A stretch of DNA of 64,000 bases, taken from positions 92,011-156,010 of the forward strand of contig JACKGE010000001.1 in NCBI GenBank assembly GCA_020632155.1, written 5' to 3'. Positions 47,083 through 56,865 of this stretch are shown in pieces. The first letter of the stretch is position 1. Every line of letters begins with the position of its first letter. The notes under the pieces were generated by a model. It saw nothing but the letters and a program-made list of their open reading frames with translations. It was not told where the DNA came from and did no database searches. The position numbers were made by a program, and so were the translations under genes. This DNA comes from Candidatus Nomurabacteria bacterium (lineage in GTDB: Bacteria > Patescibacteriota > Minisyncoccia > Phycocordibacterales > UBA918).

Positions 47083-47643
47083 ATGCAATACGAAGCAAAG
47101 ACCTTTACCATTCCGGCACTTGATGGCATTTCCCAGCAGTCAATTGATGAGCATCTCAAGCTATACGCCGGTTATGTTAAACACGTAAACCACATTCGCG
47201 AAGAACTGAAAGACGTAAACGATCCCTATGCGCGCTCAGAGATGCAGCGCCGTCTTGGGTTTGAGTTTGGTGGTATGAAAAACCATGAGTACTACTTCGC
47301 GCAGTTTGAAGGGGGCGCAACAGCGGTGCCTGATGGTGATTTTAAAAGTATGGTCGAGGCAGAGTGGAGCTCAATGGAAGCATTTGTTGAGCACATGAAA
47401 GAGGTAGCAGCAACCCGAGGCGTCGGTTGGGCCATGTGTTACATCGACCGCGCTGAGAAAAAACTGGTCACCGCCTGGATCGATGAACAACACCTTGGCC
47501 AATTAGCCGACCTCGATATCGTTCTCGGTATCGACATGTGGGAGCACTCATACATGCTTGATTACCCGCCAAGTGAGAAGAAGGCCTACATTGACGCAGT
47601 CTTCAAAAACCTGAACTGGGAAGTGGTAGCGAACCGCGTCTAA
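47083..47643 (+). CDS. sodA: Fe/Mn superoxide dismutase
   Basis: 186 aa; DMWEHSYM and metal ligands. Confidence 0.92.
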   Translation: MQYEAKTFTIPALDGISQQSIDEHLKLYAGYVKHVNHIREELKDVNDPYARSEMQRRLGFEFGGMKNHEYYFAQFEGGATAVPDGDFKSMVEAEWSSMEAFVEHMKEVAATRGVGWAMCYIDRAEKKLVTAWIDEQHLGQLADLDIVLGIDMWEHSYMLDYPPSEKKAYIDAVFKNLNWEVVANRV

Positions 47644-47661
47644 GCCTAAGAAAATAATATG

Positions 47662-47692
47662 AGCCCGCCGGAATGCTGTGCCGGCGGGCTTT
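47662..47692 (+). terminator. hairpin AGCCCGCCGG-AATGCTGTG-CCGGCGGGCT after sodA
   Basis: 10-bp GC stem, weak T tail. Confidence 0.5.
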
Positions 47693-47700
47693 GTAGCAAA

Positions 47701-47793
47701 TCATCGGAGCAAAATGATCATAGCCAGTACGATCAACATGACACCAATAGCGATTGCGCGACACACTGGTCGCGAAGAAAGGATTATGTCCAT
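47701..47793 (-). CDS. 30-aa hydrophobic peptide MDIILSSRPVCRAIAIGVMLIVLAMIILLR
   Basis: GGGAGG SD 5 nt before ATG; single TM; too short for ORF track. Confidence 0.3.
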   Translation of the reverse strand: MDIILSSRPVCRAIAIGVMLIVLAMIILLR

Positions 47794-47875
47794 TCTTTCC
47801 TCCCTACGTTTGTATAAATTGTACCGTGCCCTGCTACTCATTCAGCAATACACCAGCAAATAAAATAGTGTCAAC

Positions 47876-49438
47876 TTAGCGAAAAAATATGGGTGTTGCA
47901 GCCAGTGTTTCCGATTGCGGTACACTGGTCTTTGTTTCACTCTGCGCCTCGACCTCTTCAATTGTCCAATAAGCTAACGGATCAAGCGAAGTGCGTTCCA
48001 GTTTGTACCACGCCAGCGCTACCAGCAGATACCCGAGAGGTACCAATACAAACGGAAAAGCTGGTACCACAAAGGCGGCAAAGGATAAGCTGCCAAAATA
48101 CTGAGCCGCCGTGATGATGTACCAGAGCGACAGTTGCGCTGCCAAGCCAAGTACAGCAGCAGCGCTCGGAAACACAAGACCAACAAGCCCCGTACTAAAG
48201 GTGAGTAGCATCGAGAGTGGTACCATCGGCAGCACCAACACATTAACCAAGACCGCCAAGACCGAAAACTGTCCGATCTGGTAGAGCAGCAGTGGTGACA
48301 CGGCAATTTGCGCCGCAATCGTTGCGGTGAGAAAACCGCGCGCACCAAACCAACGTGGTACGGCGCTCAGCCGCTTTTCAATAGCGGGAGCCAAAAGAAT
48401 CAGGCCAAGGGTTGCTAAGAACGAGAGCTGGAAGCCAATATCATAAACTAGCAAGTACGGTTGCCACAACAGCATAAGCACGCCGGCTAGAAAGAGTGCC
48501 CTTGTTACTAGGTACACACGGCCGGTTGCCTGCGCAAGGAGTAAGAGACCGGCCATCAAACTAGCGCGCAGGACAGTAGCGGAAAGTCCTACGATGATAG
48601 CAAAGGCAGCGATAGCAACAAGACCAAATACAACTCTACCGCGCAGTGGCAAAAAGAATGAAAACAAAAACATGATAAACGTCACCACCAACATGACGTT
48701 GTAGCCCGACAGCACCACAATATGAATAATGCCGGTACGGCGAAACATCTCTTCAAGTTCGTCACCGAGCGCCCGCTTCTCGCCGAGGAGTAGCCCTAAT
48801 CCAAGCGCCGCTTCGGGAGCGGGGATGTACCGCTCAATTGAATCCGATAAAAGGTTTTTTACATCATAGAGTCGCGCAATTGATAGCACATTGTCAGTAG
48901 TCGATAGAATTTTCACGTCAGCAAAAGACAGAACCTGAGTGACGCCCCGCGCTTTAAGATAGCCCGCGTAATCAAAGACACGACCAAACTCAGTCTCGAA
49001 GGCTTCCGGCTGTTCTAATTGGCCGGTAGCCGACACACGGTCGCCATAGTGGTACTGCTCGTACGGTTCGGTACGTACCAGTACCAGCGCAGACTCCGTT
49101 TTGACGTAGAGCTGTGTCATGCTCTCGCGTTCGTCCGGTTCACGTGCGACTGTTCCTTCTATGGTGACGGCTCTGCCGCTTTGTGCCTCTAGGGCTGGGG
49201 TACGTAAGTGCTCTGCTTCTGCGTCCGTGCGCAAAAGGCCAATAACGGCACCGAACAAGAAAACCGTTACCAGCAAGAGACTCTGTTCCCGCGAGCGCCG
49301 ATAGACCAGTGCCGCAATAAGAGCCAGCAAAGCCACATATAAGATGGTCGGTAAGCTAACTGGCCAGAGGGTGTAGGTTCCAATACCACAAACAAAACCA
49401 CCAATCGCTGCGTACAGTACTACTGGAGAATGCCTCAT
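47876..49438 (-). CDS. comEC: ComEC/Rec2 competence channel protein (DUF4131 + Competence domain; lacks MBL domain)
   Basis: ...RRTGIIHIVVLSGYNVMLVVTF... polytopic. Confidence 0.8.
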   Translation of the reverse strand: MRHSPVVLYAAIGGFVCGIGTYTLWPVSLPTILYVALLALIAALVYRRSREQSLLLVTVFLFGAVIGLLRTDAEAEHLRTPALEAQSGRAVTIEGTVAREPDERESMTQLYVKTESALVLVRTEPYEQYHYGDRVSATGQLEQPEAFETEFGRVFDYAGYLKARGVTQVLSFADVKILSTTDNVLSIARLYDVKNLLSDSIERYIPAPEAALGLGLLLGEKRALGDELEEMFRRTGIIHIVVLSGYNVMLVVTFIMFLFSFFLPLRGRVVFGLVAIAAFAIIVGLSATVLRASLMAGLLLLAQATGRVYLVTRALFLAGVLMLLWQPYLLVYDIGFQLSFLATLGLILLAPAIEKRLSAVPRWFGARGFLTATIAAQIAVSPLLLYQIGQFSVLAVLVNVLVLPMVPLSMLLTFSTGLVGLVFPSAAAVLGLAAQLSLWYIITAAQYFGSLSFAAFVVPAFPFVLVPLGYLLVALAWYKLERTSLDPLAYWTIEEVEAQSETKTSVPQSETLAATPIFFR

Positions 49439-49820
49439 TAAAAAATTGTAACAAAAATACCGCCTGTAAAAGGCGGCTTGTTCGGGGCCGGCGCGTTAGC
49501 GCCGGCCCGACGTTTCAGTGTATTCGACGTGCCACACCCCACTGGCGCTGACGTGCATACTCGATAGCTGCCGGATCACCTGCCAAAACGCGACGAGCAA
49601 TCTCGGTACGGATGGCACATTTGTCTTTTTTCATCTGCACCACCAAATGGCAACAATGATCAGGCGCCGCGCCGATCTCAACATCGAGACTCAGGTGGCG
49701 CGCGGCCAATGTAGCCGTGTTTTGTTCGTCGACGGACAATGCGTTTCTCCCTCTTTTGTCCAGCCACCAATGGCTAGACTTCAACGGACAAGCCTACCGC
49801 TAGGATTAGAAAAAAGCAAG

Positions 49821-50240
49821 TTACGCGTTATCCATCGCTTCATTAGCCAAACGATCGGCTTCTTTATTTTGCTCGCGGCGCACATGGGTAAGCGTCAAGT
49901 TTGGAAAGTTTGCTACCCGTAAATTATGTATCTCGATAAACAGTGGTACGAGCCCTGGTTCTTTTATCTGGTATTCACCATTTAGTTGTTTTTTTACCAG
50001 TTCACTATCCATGCGCAGTTCAAAAGCCATCTCTTTGGTCTTTTTACCGAAGTGGCTTTTAAGAGTTGAAAGGGCTGTGGCCACGGCTAGGTACTCAGCA
50101 AAATTGTTAGTGGCGTTACCAATGAATTCCGATACTTCTTTGATGACGTCACCTTGCTCATTCACAATCTGAATACCGACACCAGCTGGTCCGGGGTTTC
50201 CACGCGCACCTCCGTCTGTATACGCAATAATTTTTTCCAT
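49821..50240 (-). CDS. rnhA: ribonuclease HI
   Basis: MEKIIAYTDGGARGNPGPAG...NNFAEYLAV...; ORF begins with TTG one codon earlier, ATG at 50238-50240. Confidence 0.9.
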   Translation of the reverse strand: MEKIIAYTDGGARGNPGPAGVGIQIVNEQGDVIKEVSEFIGNATNNFAEYLAVATALSTLKSHFGKKTKEMAFELRMDSELVKKQLNGEYQIKEPGLVPLFIEIHNLRVANFPNLTLTHVRREQNKEADRLANEAMDNA

Positions 50241-50258
50241 CAACTCAATAATAACACA

Positions 50259-50294
50259 CCCCTATATACTCCAGTTAACTGGAGTATATAGGGG
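50259..50294. repeat. perfect 36-bp palindrome CCCCTATATACTCCAGTTAACTGGAGTATATAGGGG (copy 1 of duplicated core)
   Basis: abuts stop of YerC-like gene and lies 18 nt upstream of rnhA ATG. Confidence 0.8.
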
Positions 50295-50696
50295 TTACTT
50301 TAGTGCCCGCTTCCATCGTCCTTTACCCATTGGCGGCATACCTCCCTGCAAAACAGTTTCAAGTGTCTTGAGAAATGCCTCACGATCAAATTTCTTTGAA
50401 CTGACCAATTTCAGTATTGCCGCAAAGTGTCCTTCATCGTATTTGAGAGCATAGTCACTGGCAGTTGTCTCACTCAACTTGAGTGTTTGCGATATTCTAT
50501 ATCGGGAATAACCTTTATCTAACATTACGATGGTCGCCAACCGTTTCATGTACATTACTCGTTCCGACTCAGTAAATAATTCATTAAAAAGTTCTCCAGC
50601 TGTTTTGCTGTTACAAACCGCAAAGAGATCAGTGAGTTGCTTTTGCAGTTGTTGTATGTGAGCTGACTTGAGTTCTTGTTTTGAAACGTTGGTCAT
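50295..50696 (-). CDS. TrpR-like YerC/YecD family DNA-binding protein
   Basis: ...ERVMYMKRLATIVMLDKGYSRYRISQTLKLSETTASDYALKY... resembles the YerC HTH. Confidence 0.6.
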   Translation of the reverse strand: MTNVSKQELKSAHIQQLQKQLTDLFAVCNSKTAGELFNELFTESERVMYMKRLATIVMLDKGYSRYRISQTLKLSETTASDYALKYDEGHFAAILKLVSSKKFDREAFLKTLETVLQGGMPPMGKGRWKRALK

Positions 50697-50722
50697 AATA
50701 CTCCAGTTAACTGGAGTATTAT
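50695..50722. repeat. perfect 28-bp palindrome ATAATACTCCAGTTAACTGGAGTATTAT (copy 2), overlapping ATG and SD of YerC-like gene
   Basis: shares 22-bp core ATACTCCAGTTAACTGGAGTAT with 50259-50294. Confidence 0.8.
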
Positions 50723-50734
50723 AGCATGTTGTTG

Positions 50735-52429
50735 TTAGAGATTCCGCAGGACATCAACGATACGCAGGCGCACCTGATGCCGATTCATGAAGTACGACTC
50801 TTCAACATGCGCGAGAATAGTAATCGGCTCACCTACTTTTGGCTGGTATGAGAATGCATTAGGGGTTTTAAAGAAGGCGATGGCTTCCAGTCGATCACGC
50901 AGGCGCGGCAGAACGAGTTTGACGTGTTCTTTAGTCTTACCAAACATAGCCACTTCTGCAGGCACAACATCCACAAAAGCAAACAGTGGTTTCTCGTTAC
51001 CAACCCCAAACGGTGCGAGCTCTTTAAGGGTAGTGAGCAGTTCGGGACCAATTGCATCAAGTGAAAGTGCTGCATCGACTACAACCTCTTCATCATACTG
51101 CGCCTCATTACCAAGTTCAGCAAAGGCAGCATTCAGTCTCTGCGGCAACGAAAACAGTTGCTCCTCATGTACCGAAAAGCCACCCGACATGTGGTGTCCG
51201 CCATGTTCAATAAATGAATCCCCGACTGTGTCCATGAGCGTGATGACACTGGTTTTGCCTTCGCTCCGGCACGAACCTTTAATGACACCATTACCATCGC
51301 GGCCCCAGAGAAAAACTGGTCGGCCAAACTCACCAGCAAGACTGCTGGCACTGAGGCCAACGAGTGACGGTCGCCACGCGGGATTACCAAGGACAATGAC
51401 TGACGGCAACTCACTCATACCGTCAACACGCTTTTTAAGTTCCTTGGTCATCGCCGCTACTAAGCCTTTGCGCTCACTATTGAGTCGCTCAAGATGTTCG
51501 ACACGACCACCGGCTTCAGTCTCATCGTTTGTAGCCAGCATACGGAAGGCATCTTCGGGGTCATCCATGCGCGAAGCGGCGTTGATGCGCGGTCCCAAGG
51601 TAAAACCGACATCGTCTTCAGTGAGGCGGCGCTGATCAAGTCGATTCTTGCGAAGTAACTGATGAAGTCCGGGGCGACGCGATTTCCGTAGCACCTCAAG
51701 ACCGTAACGCGCGAACACGCGGTTCTCTCCCACGAGTGGCACCATATCCGCTACTGTTGCTACACCTACCATGTCGAGCCACCACTTCTCGAAACCGGAG
51801 GTGAGCTTAAACTCACCGCGCTCAAGGAGCGCCTCAATGAGCTTATAAACCACACCTGCACCACACAGCTCCTTGAACGGATACGTATCCCCTATTTTTG
51901 GATTTACCACAGCTACCGCAGGCGGTAGCTCTTCTTTTGGTTCGTGGTGATCGGTAATAATGACATCGATACCAAACTCGCTCGCACGGGCCACTGCTTC
52001 TATATCTGAAGTGCCGCAATCTATAGTAATGATGAGTTTGGTACCGGACGCAGCTAGTTTTTCGACAGCTTCAGTACTGAGACCAAACCCTTCATAGTGA
52101 CGGTGCGGGATGTAGTTATCAAAGTTGGTGAACAAAATGGCCTGAAAGAAATCGTGTAGCACCACAGCCCCAGGGATACCGTCACAGTCATAATCGGAAA
52201 ATATAGTTATTTTTTCTCCGTCCTTAATCGCTTGCAGTATGCGCGCCGTGGCCAGCTCCATGTTATGTAGGAGAAATGGGTCATGGCGATCAGTGTCGTA
52301 ATTGGGTGATAAAAAACGCTGCTGCTCGGCAGGAGTGGTGTGGCCACGGTGGTGGAGGAGTTTTTTCTTAAGGTCACTCGTATCAGGTAGCTCGTCGGCC
52401 AGTCGGTACTGAGGCATATTGAGATACAT
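50735..52429 (-). CDS. recJ: single-stranded-DNA-specific exonuclease RecJ
   Basis: 564 aa; DHH (DYDCDG...ITDHH) and DHHA1 domains. Confidence 0.9.
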   Translation of the reverse strand: MYLNMPQYRLADELPDTSDLKKKLLHHRGHTTPAEQQRFLSPNYDTDRHDPFLLHNMELATARILQAIKDGEKITIFSDYDCDGIPGAVVLHDFFQAILFTNFDNYIPHRHYEGFGLSTEAVEKLAASGTKLIITIDCGTSDIEAVARASEFGIDVIITDHHEPKEELPPAVAVVNPKIGDTYPFKELCGAGVVYKLIEALLERGEFKLTSGFEKWWLDMVGVATVADMVPLVGENRVFARYGLEVLRKSRRPGLHQLLRKNRLDQRRLTEDDVGFTLGPRINAASRMDDPEDAFRMLATNDETEAGGRVEHLERLNSERKGLVAAMTKELKKRVDGMSELPSVIVLGNPAWRPSLVGLSASSLAGEFGRPVFLWGRDGNGVIKGSCRSEGKTSVITLMDTVGDSFIEHGGHHMSGGFSVHEEQLFSLPQRLNAAFAELGNEAQYDEEVVVDAALSLDAIGPELLTTLKELAPFGVGNEKPLFAFVDVVPAEVAMFGKTKEHVKLVLPRLRDRLEAIAFFKTPNAFSYQPKVGEPITILAHVEESYFMNRHQVRLRIVDVLRNL

Positions 52430-52459
52430 GATATCATGGAGTTTCAGTAACCTTCCGAT

Positions 52460-52870
52460 ATGTCAAAATCAATCTTTACGCAAATCATTAATCGCGATAT
52501 TCCGGCCCATTTTGTCTATGAAGACGAACACTGTGTGGCTATTTTGGATAAATTCCCTACCGTACAAGGCCAGACGCTGGTCATTCCCAAAGAAGAGATC
52601 GACTACGCCTTCGATCTTGATGACGACACATACATTCATCTATTTAAAACCGCAAAGCTCATTGCTAAGGCACTCGATAAGGCCATGGGGGCCAAGCGCA
52701 CCTGTCTTGCTGTTGAAGGTTTTGACGTCCCACATGTCCATATAAAAATTTACCCGATGCAGAGCACGGATAAAGGCCTTGGTGACTTCCTCACTATGGG
52801 TGAAGAAGCTAGTGACGAAGAGTTGGCGCTTATTGCGACCCAAATACAAGCAGCCCTAGGTGAAAACTAG
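52460..52870 (+). CDS. HIT family hydrolase
   Basis: histidine triad DVPHVHIKIY. Confidence 0.85.
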   Translation: MSKSIFTQIINRDIPAHFVYEDEHCVAILDKFPTVQGQTLVIPKEEIDYAFDLDDDTYIHLFKTAKLIAKALDKAMGAKRTCLAVEGFDVPHVHIKIYPMQSTDKGLGDFLTMGEEASDEELALIATQIQAALGEN

Positions 52871-54009
52871 TTGCTGCGAGCGAGTACTGCCTCGATAGCC
52901 GGCAAGGTACCGGTCTCGAGAAAGGTAAGCATAGCGCCACCGGCAGTCGACATAAAACTAAAGTGCTCCTCGATACCAAGTCCCTCCACGGCAGCAATAG
53001 TGTCGCCGCCGCCAATAATGGAATAGGCACCTGAAGCAGCAATGGCGCGTGCCAATGCTTCGGTTTGCTCAGCAAAGCCGTGTTCAAAATTCCCTAACGG
53101 ACCATTCCATAAAATGGTTCTGGCACTCGAAATTACCGGTAACAGGTCTTCAATACTTTGCGGACCAGCATCGAGAATAGATTCTCCTTCTGTTACTTCA
53201 GTAGCGGCTACCGTACGTCTCCCTTGTGGCCCATCGACCACCACATCAGCTGGAACGACGATGTTCTCTTTAGTGAGAATAGCTTCACTACGAAGGTCAA
53301 TATCTGACACAAGTGAGGTTCCCACGTTGTAACCACGCGCTTTGTAGACATCGTTAGCAAGCGCCCCACCGATAAGCACGGTGTCGTACTGCTTTGCATA
53401 CTTAGCTACCAACGGAAGCTTGGTCTCAAATTTAGCTCCGCCGAGAATGAACAGTGCTGGATGCTGTGGCTCCATGGCTTTGCTCAGCTCCTCGTATTCA
53501 TGCAAAAAATTAAAACCAAAATAGCTGGGAAGGAATTGTGGTATGCCTGTGAGCGACGCGTGCGAGCGGTGAGAGGCAGCGAACGCATCATTTACATACA
53601 GGTCAGCCACTGACGCTAGTTCCTTTGCCAAACTATCGTCACCAGCCTTTTCGCGAGGGTCTTGCCGCACGTTTTCAAGGAGGAGCACCTCACCTTCTTG
53701 TAATGAATGAACCGCCGCTTGAACCGCTTCGCCAGTTACTGACGGACACCATTTTGCTCCTACTGCTCGCTCCAGTTCAACATGGACCGGCTGCAGGGTT
53801 TCTTCCGGCTCACGACCAATATGTCCAATAACCACCACCTTCGCTCCCTGCTCGCGAAGATAGTTGATAGTAAGGAGCGCTCGTTTGATACGAAATGCGT
53901 TGGTGACTGTGCCACCCTTGACCGGTACATTAAGTGACGCCCGTAGCAATACTGTTTTGCCCGAAAGCGCAGCGACATCTCTGATACTAGGAAGGGTTGT
54001 TTTTGACAT
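52867..54009 (-). CDS. pgk: phosphoglycerate kinase
   Basis: canonical PGK; start at second Met (ORF to 54021). Confidence 0.92.
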   Translation of the reverse strand: MSKTTLPSIRDVAALSGKTVLLRASLNVPVKGGTVTNAFRIKRALLTINYLREQGAKVVVIGHIGREPEETLQPVHVELERAVGAKWCPSVTGEAVQAAVHSLQEGEVLLLENVRQDPREKAGDDSLAKELASVADLYVNDAFAASHRSHASLTGIPQFLPSYFGFNFLHEYEELSKAMEPQHPALFILGGAKFETKLPLVAKYAKQYDTVLIGGALANDVYKARGYNVGTSLVSDIDLRSEAILTKENIVVPADVVVDGPQGRRTVAATEVTEGESILDAGPQSIEDLLPVISSARTILWNGPLGNFEHGFAEQTEALARAIAASGAYSIIGGGDTIAAVEGLGIEEHFSFMSTAGGAMLTFLETGTLPAIEAVLARSN

Positions 54010-54778
54010 ATCGCTCCCCAATCTTAACTATCTCAGTGAAATCTTTAGCTTTGAGACTAGCGCCACCAATCAAGAAACCGTCGACTTCGCCTTCCTGTAG
54101 TAGTGCTTCGGCATTTTGTGGTTTAACTGATCCTCCATATAGAATCCGTACTTTTTTAAGGGCACTGCGACCAAAACGGTCCATAAGAATCTTCTGTATA
54201 AAAAGGCGCATTTCGTGTGCATCCTCTGGTGTAGCAGTCTCGCCAGTACCGATCGCCCAAACTGGCTCGTAGGCAATAGTGAGGTACTTAAGCCACATTG
54301 GCTTCACGTCACGAAGAGCCGCGCGAAGCTGCGCCTCGACAACACCAAAGTAATTACCGTGCGCATCACGATGGGTCTCGCCAACACAAACTACAGCTAC
54401 CGCCTTACCCTTAAGGACCGTTTGTACATTCTTATATATCTCAAGGTCAGTCTCACCGGCTGCGCGTCGCTCCGAATGACCAATGATAATGTGACTAACA
54501 CCAACACTCTCGAGCATTGAAAGCGACACCTCACCAGTATGCGGTCCGGACTTTTCCGAGTGCACGTCTTGGGCGCCGAGGAGAATGCGCTGACTTGGCG
54601 TAATACGTTCCATTTCTGGTAAATACACCGTTGGAGGAGCTACCACCACCTCAACCTCTGACTTATGACGACCAATACCCTTGCGGATATCAAGCATTAA
54701 TTCCTTGGCACTGCCAATGGTTGGCGGGTTCATTTTCCAATTACCCATCACGAGGAGTTTTGGTGCTGTGTTACTCAT
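53987..54778 (-). CDS. tpiA: triosephosphate isomerase
   Basis: MSNTAPKLLVMGNWKMNPP...; catalytic residues present. Confidence 0.92.
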   Translation of the reverse strand: MSNTAPKLLVMGNWKMNPPTIGSAKELMLDIRKGIGRHKSEVEVVVAPPTVYLPEMERITPSQRILLGAQDVHSEKSGPHTGEVSLSMLESVGVSHIIIGHSERRAAGETDLEIYKNVQTVLKGKAVAVVCVGETHRDAHGNYFGVVEAQLRAALRDVKPMWLKYLTIAYEPVWAIGTGETATPEDAHEMRLFIQKILMDRFGRSALKKVRILYGGSVKPQNAEALLQEGEVDGFLIGGASLKAKDFTEIVKIGERYVKNNPS

Positions 54779-54817
54779 GCCACTATTGTAGCATTCTTAT
54801 ATTGCAGAGACGCCACG

Positions 54818-56230
54818 TCATTCTTCTCGCCAATCAATGAATTTATAGTCGTCTGAGGTGCGCGGGGCAAGTGGAGGCGGATTATCTACGAGCTCACGAT
54901 CGTATGAGTTGTAACGGGTGTTAAAGCCAGAGATAAAAGTGCTGCCACTACTCCATTTTGTGCCCACTCGTCCATTAGAAACTACTGTGCCGTTCATGGT
55001 GAGCGAATTTCGAGTTACGTATGAGTCGTGCATATTAAGAACATCCTGACTGCCACTGGTAGTGTAATGGTTACGACCGAATCTACCATTTTGGGCTACA
55101 AAAATTCCGTTCAGTTCCATATTGTTTGGTACTACAAGACCAACCAACACATCTTCCTCTGCAACGGCCAGTAGGCCCGAGTCTTCGTTGGTGTAGGTAA
55201 TATCTCCATTGAGGATAATACTGTGGTCAACACCGTATGTATCGGTGTCAGCAGCGGCAAGTGATACCTTCATTGGCACATCACCGTCAAGCCATACTTT
55301 GTCTTCCACAAAGATAAGTGGGCACTCAGCATTTAAAGTATACGTGGCGTACGGATCATCGTCTTGAATCACGTTCCGCTCAGTCTGCCAACCATCCTCT
55401 GTGGTGTATCCCCAATAGTTATACGTCTGGTCTACATCACGAACTGTTACAGTGCCATCACTATTAAACGTGATGTGATAGCCGTACACACCCGACGGAG
55501 GAATATAAATACCATTACCATTCTCGGCTCGGTCGCGCATCTGCGCTAAGTCAACCGTGAGGCCCGTAAAGTTTATTGGTGTTGAGGGGAAGGACCAAAG
55601 CGCACTATTAGGGCCAGCCCCAAAGACTCCGTCAACGGTCTGGTTATAGCCGCAACCAAAGGAACTGGTACAAGTCCAAGTTTCCTGACCGCTTGATACA
55701 GTTGAGTTGTTAGTACCATCCATGCGCACACCACCATTAGAGTGGTACGGGCCAATAATGGTCCGATCAGCACCAGCCCAGACATTGGAATTGATGATAT
55801 ACGCGTACTCCGCCACTGTCGGACGAGCATACCTCCCGTAGACCGTGCGCTTAGTATCTGGGTCATCATTGGTGTAACCAGTTGAGTAAATATCGATATT
55901 GGAAACCACCCCGCAGTAGGTAGTACTTGAAACTTCAAGAGAAAACTGTCCAGTGACACCGGACTCGGAATCTTCGTAGTCAACAACATACGGACCGGCG
56001 GTACTGGTTCCGTGCGTAGTATCGTCGGGATTATGTGCCAAATACCACTTATAGTAGTTAAGTCCCGCCTCAGCGATAGCCAGTGCCCGCTCCTGCTCCA
56101 GCTTCTCGTCTTGAATATTTGACTGCGTGACGACAAAACCCATGAAACTAGCGACAATAACAAAAAAAATGGAGCCGAAGACCAACACGAGTACAAGCAG
56201 TGAACCAGATTGTGATAGACGAGACATCAT
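54818..56230 (-). CDS. PilX-like type IV pilus minor pilin / tip-associated protein (470 aa)
   Basis: N-terminal hydrophobic helix without Glu+5; last gene of pilus operon. Confidence 0.5.
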   Translation of the reverse strand: MMSRLSQSGSLLVLVLVFGSIFFVIVASFMGFVVTQSNIQDEKLEQERALAIAEAGLNYYKWYLAHNPDDTTHGTSTAGPYVVDYEDSESGVTGQFSLEVSSTTYCGVVSNIDIYSTGYTNDDPDTKRTVYGRYARPTVAEYAYIINSNVWAGADRTIIGPYHSNGGVRMDGTNNSTVSSGQETWTCTSSFGCGYNQTVDGVFGAGPNSALWSFPSTPINFTGLTVDLAQMRDRAENGNGIYIPPSGVYGYHITFNSDGTVTVRDVDQTYNYWGYTTEDGWQTERNVIQDDDPYATYTLNAECPLIFVEDKVWLDGDVPMKVSLAAADTDTYGVDHSIILNGDITYTNEDSGLLAVAEEDVLVGLVVPNNMELNGIFVAQNGRFGRNHYTTSGSQDVLNMHDSYVTRNSLTMNGTVVSNGRVGTKWSSGSTFISGFNTRYNSYDRELVDNPPPLAPRTSDDYKFIDWREE

Positions 56231-56865
56231 AGATTGTCTTTTACGTTACGCAACGCCGCACTGGAACGAAGCATGTACTGACCAGGGTCACGGATAGGAT
56301 CAATATTGATGATGAGCTGGGCTGTGATATAGCGCACATCAATGAGACCCGTACTGGAAGCTACTTCGTTACCATCAGCATCATAGTACATAAAAGTAGA
56401 GGTGCTCTGCAGATTGTTTTGCACATAGTACGAGAGTGTGTACGTCTCGTCTGGAGTTGAGAGGTTATAGACTGGGGGACTGCCGGTGGCATTGTAGACC
56501 TCTTTGGTGAAGGTAGTGGAATCACTGTACGAATACTCTACGTATTCAACACTTTGGTCACGGTCAATATCACTATAAAAACCAACGCGGTCACTATCCA
56601 TAACCACCAGCGGGAAGCTACCGTCATCAGCAAAGGTCATTTCGCGGATATCGCGAATGAGACCTTGGATACCAAGACGCGCGTTTTGGACTTGGTATGC
56701 CTGCGCAAACGTATAGGCGTTGTACTGGTACATACTATGAATAGCATTGGTGACCACGAGAGACAAAATAGTAAACACCGCGATGTACACAATCGCCTCT
56801 ACCAAGCTGAGTCCGGAATGATTTGTATGTTGTTTTGCAAAAGATCGAACCATATACAAGTGCAC
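56227..56865 (-). CDS. type IV pilin-like pseudopilin
   Basis: prepilin motif HSG|LSLVEAIVYIAVFTIL (Gly-1, Glu+5). Confidence 0.65.
   Translation of the reverse strand: MHLYMVRSFAKQHTNHSGLSLVEAIVYIAVFTILSLVVTNAIHSMYQYNAYTFAQAYQVQNARLGIQGLIRDIREMTFADDGSFPLVVMDSDRVGFYSDIDRDQSVEYVEYSYSDSTTFTKEVYNATGSPPVYNLSTPDETYTLSYYVQNNLQSTSTFMYYDADGNEVASSTGLIDVRYITAQLIINIDPIRDPGQYMLRSSAALRNVKDNL

Noticed and set aside
55573-56196. 207-aa alternative-frame ORF within the PilX-like gene
   Set aside because: Same strand but different frame inside a longer, more plausible ORF.
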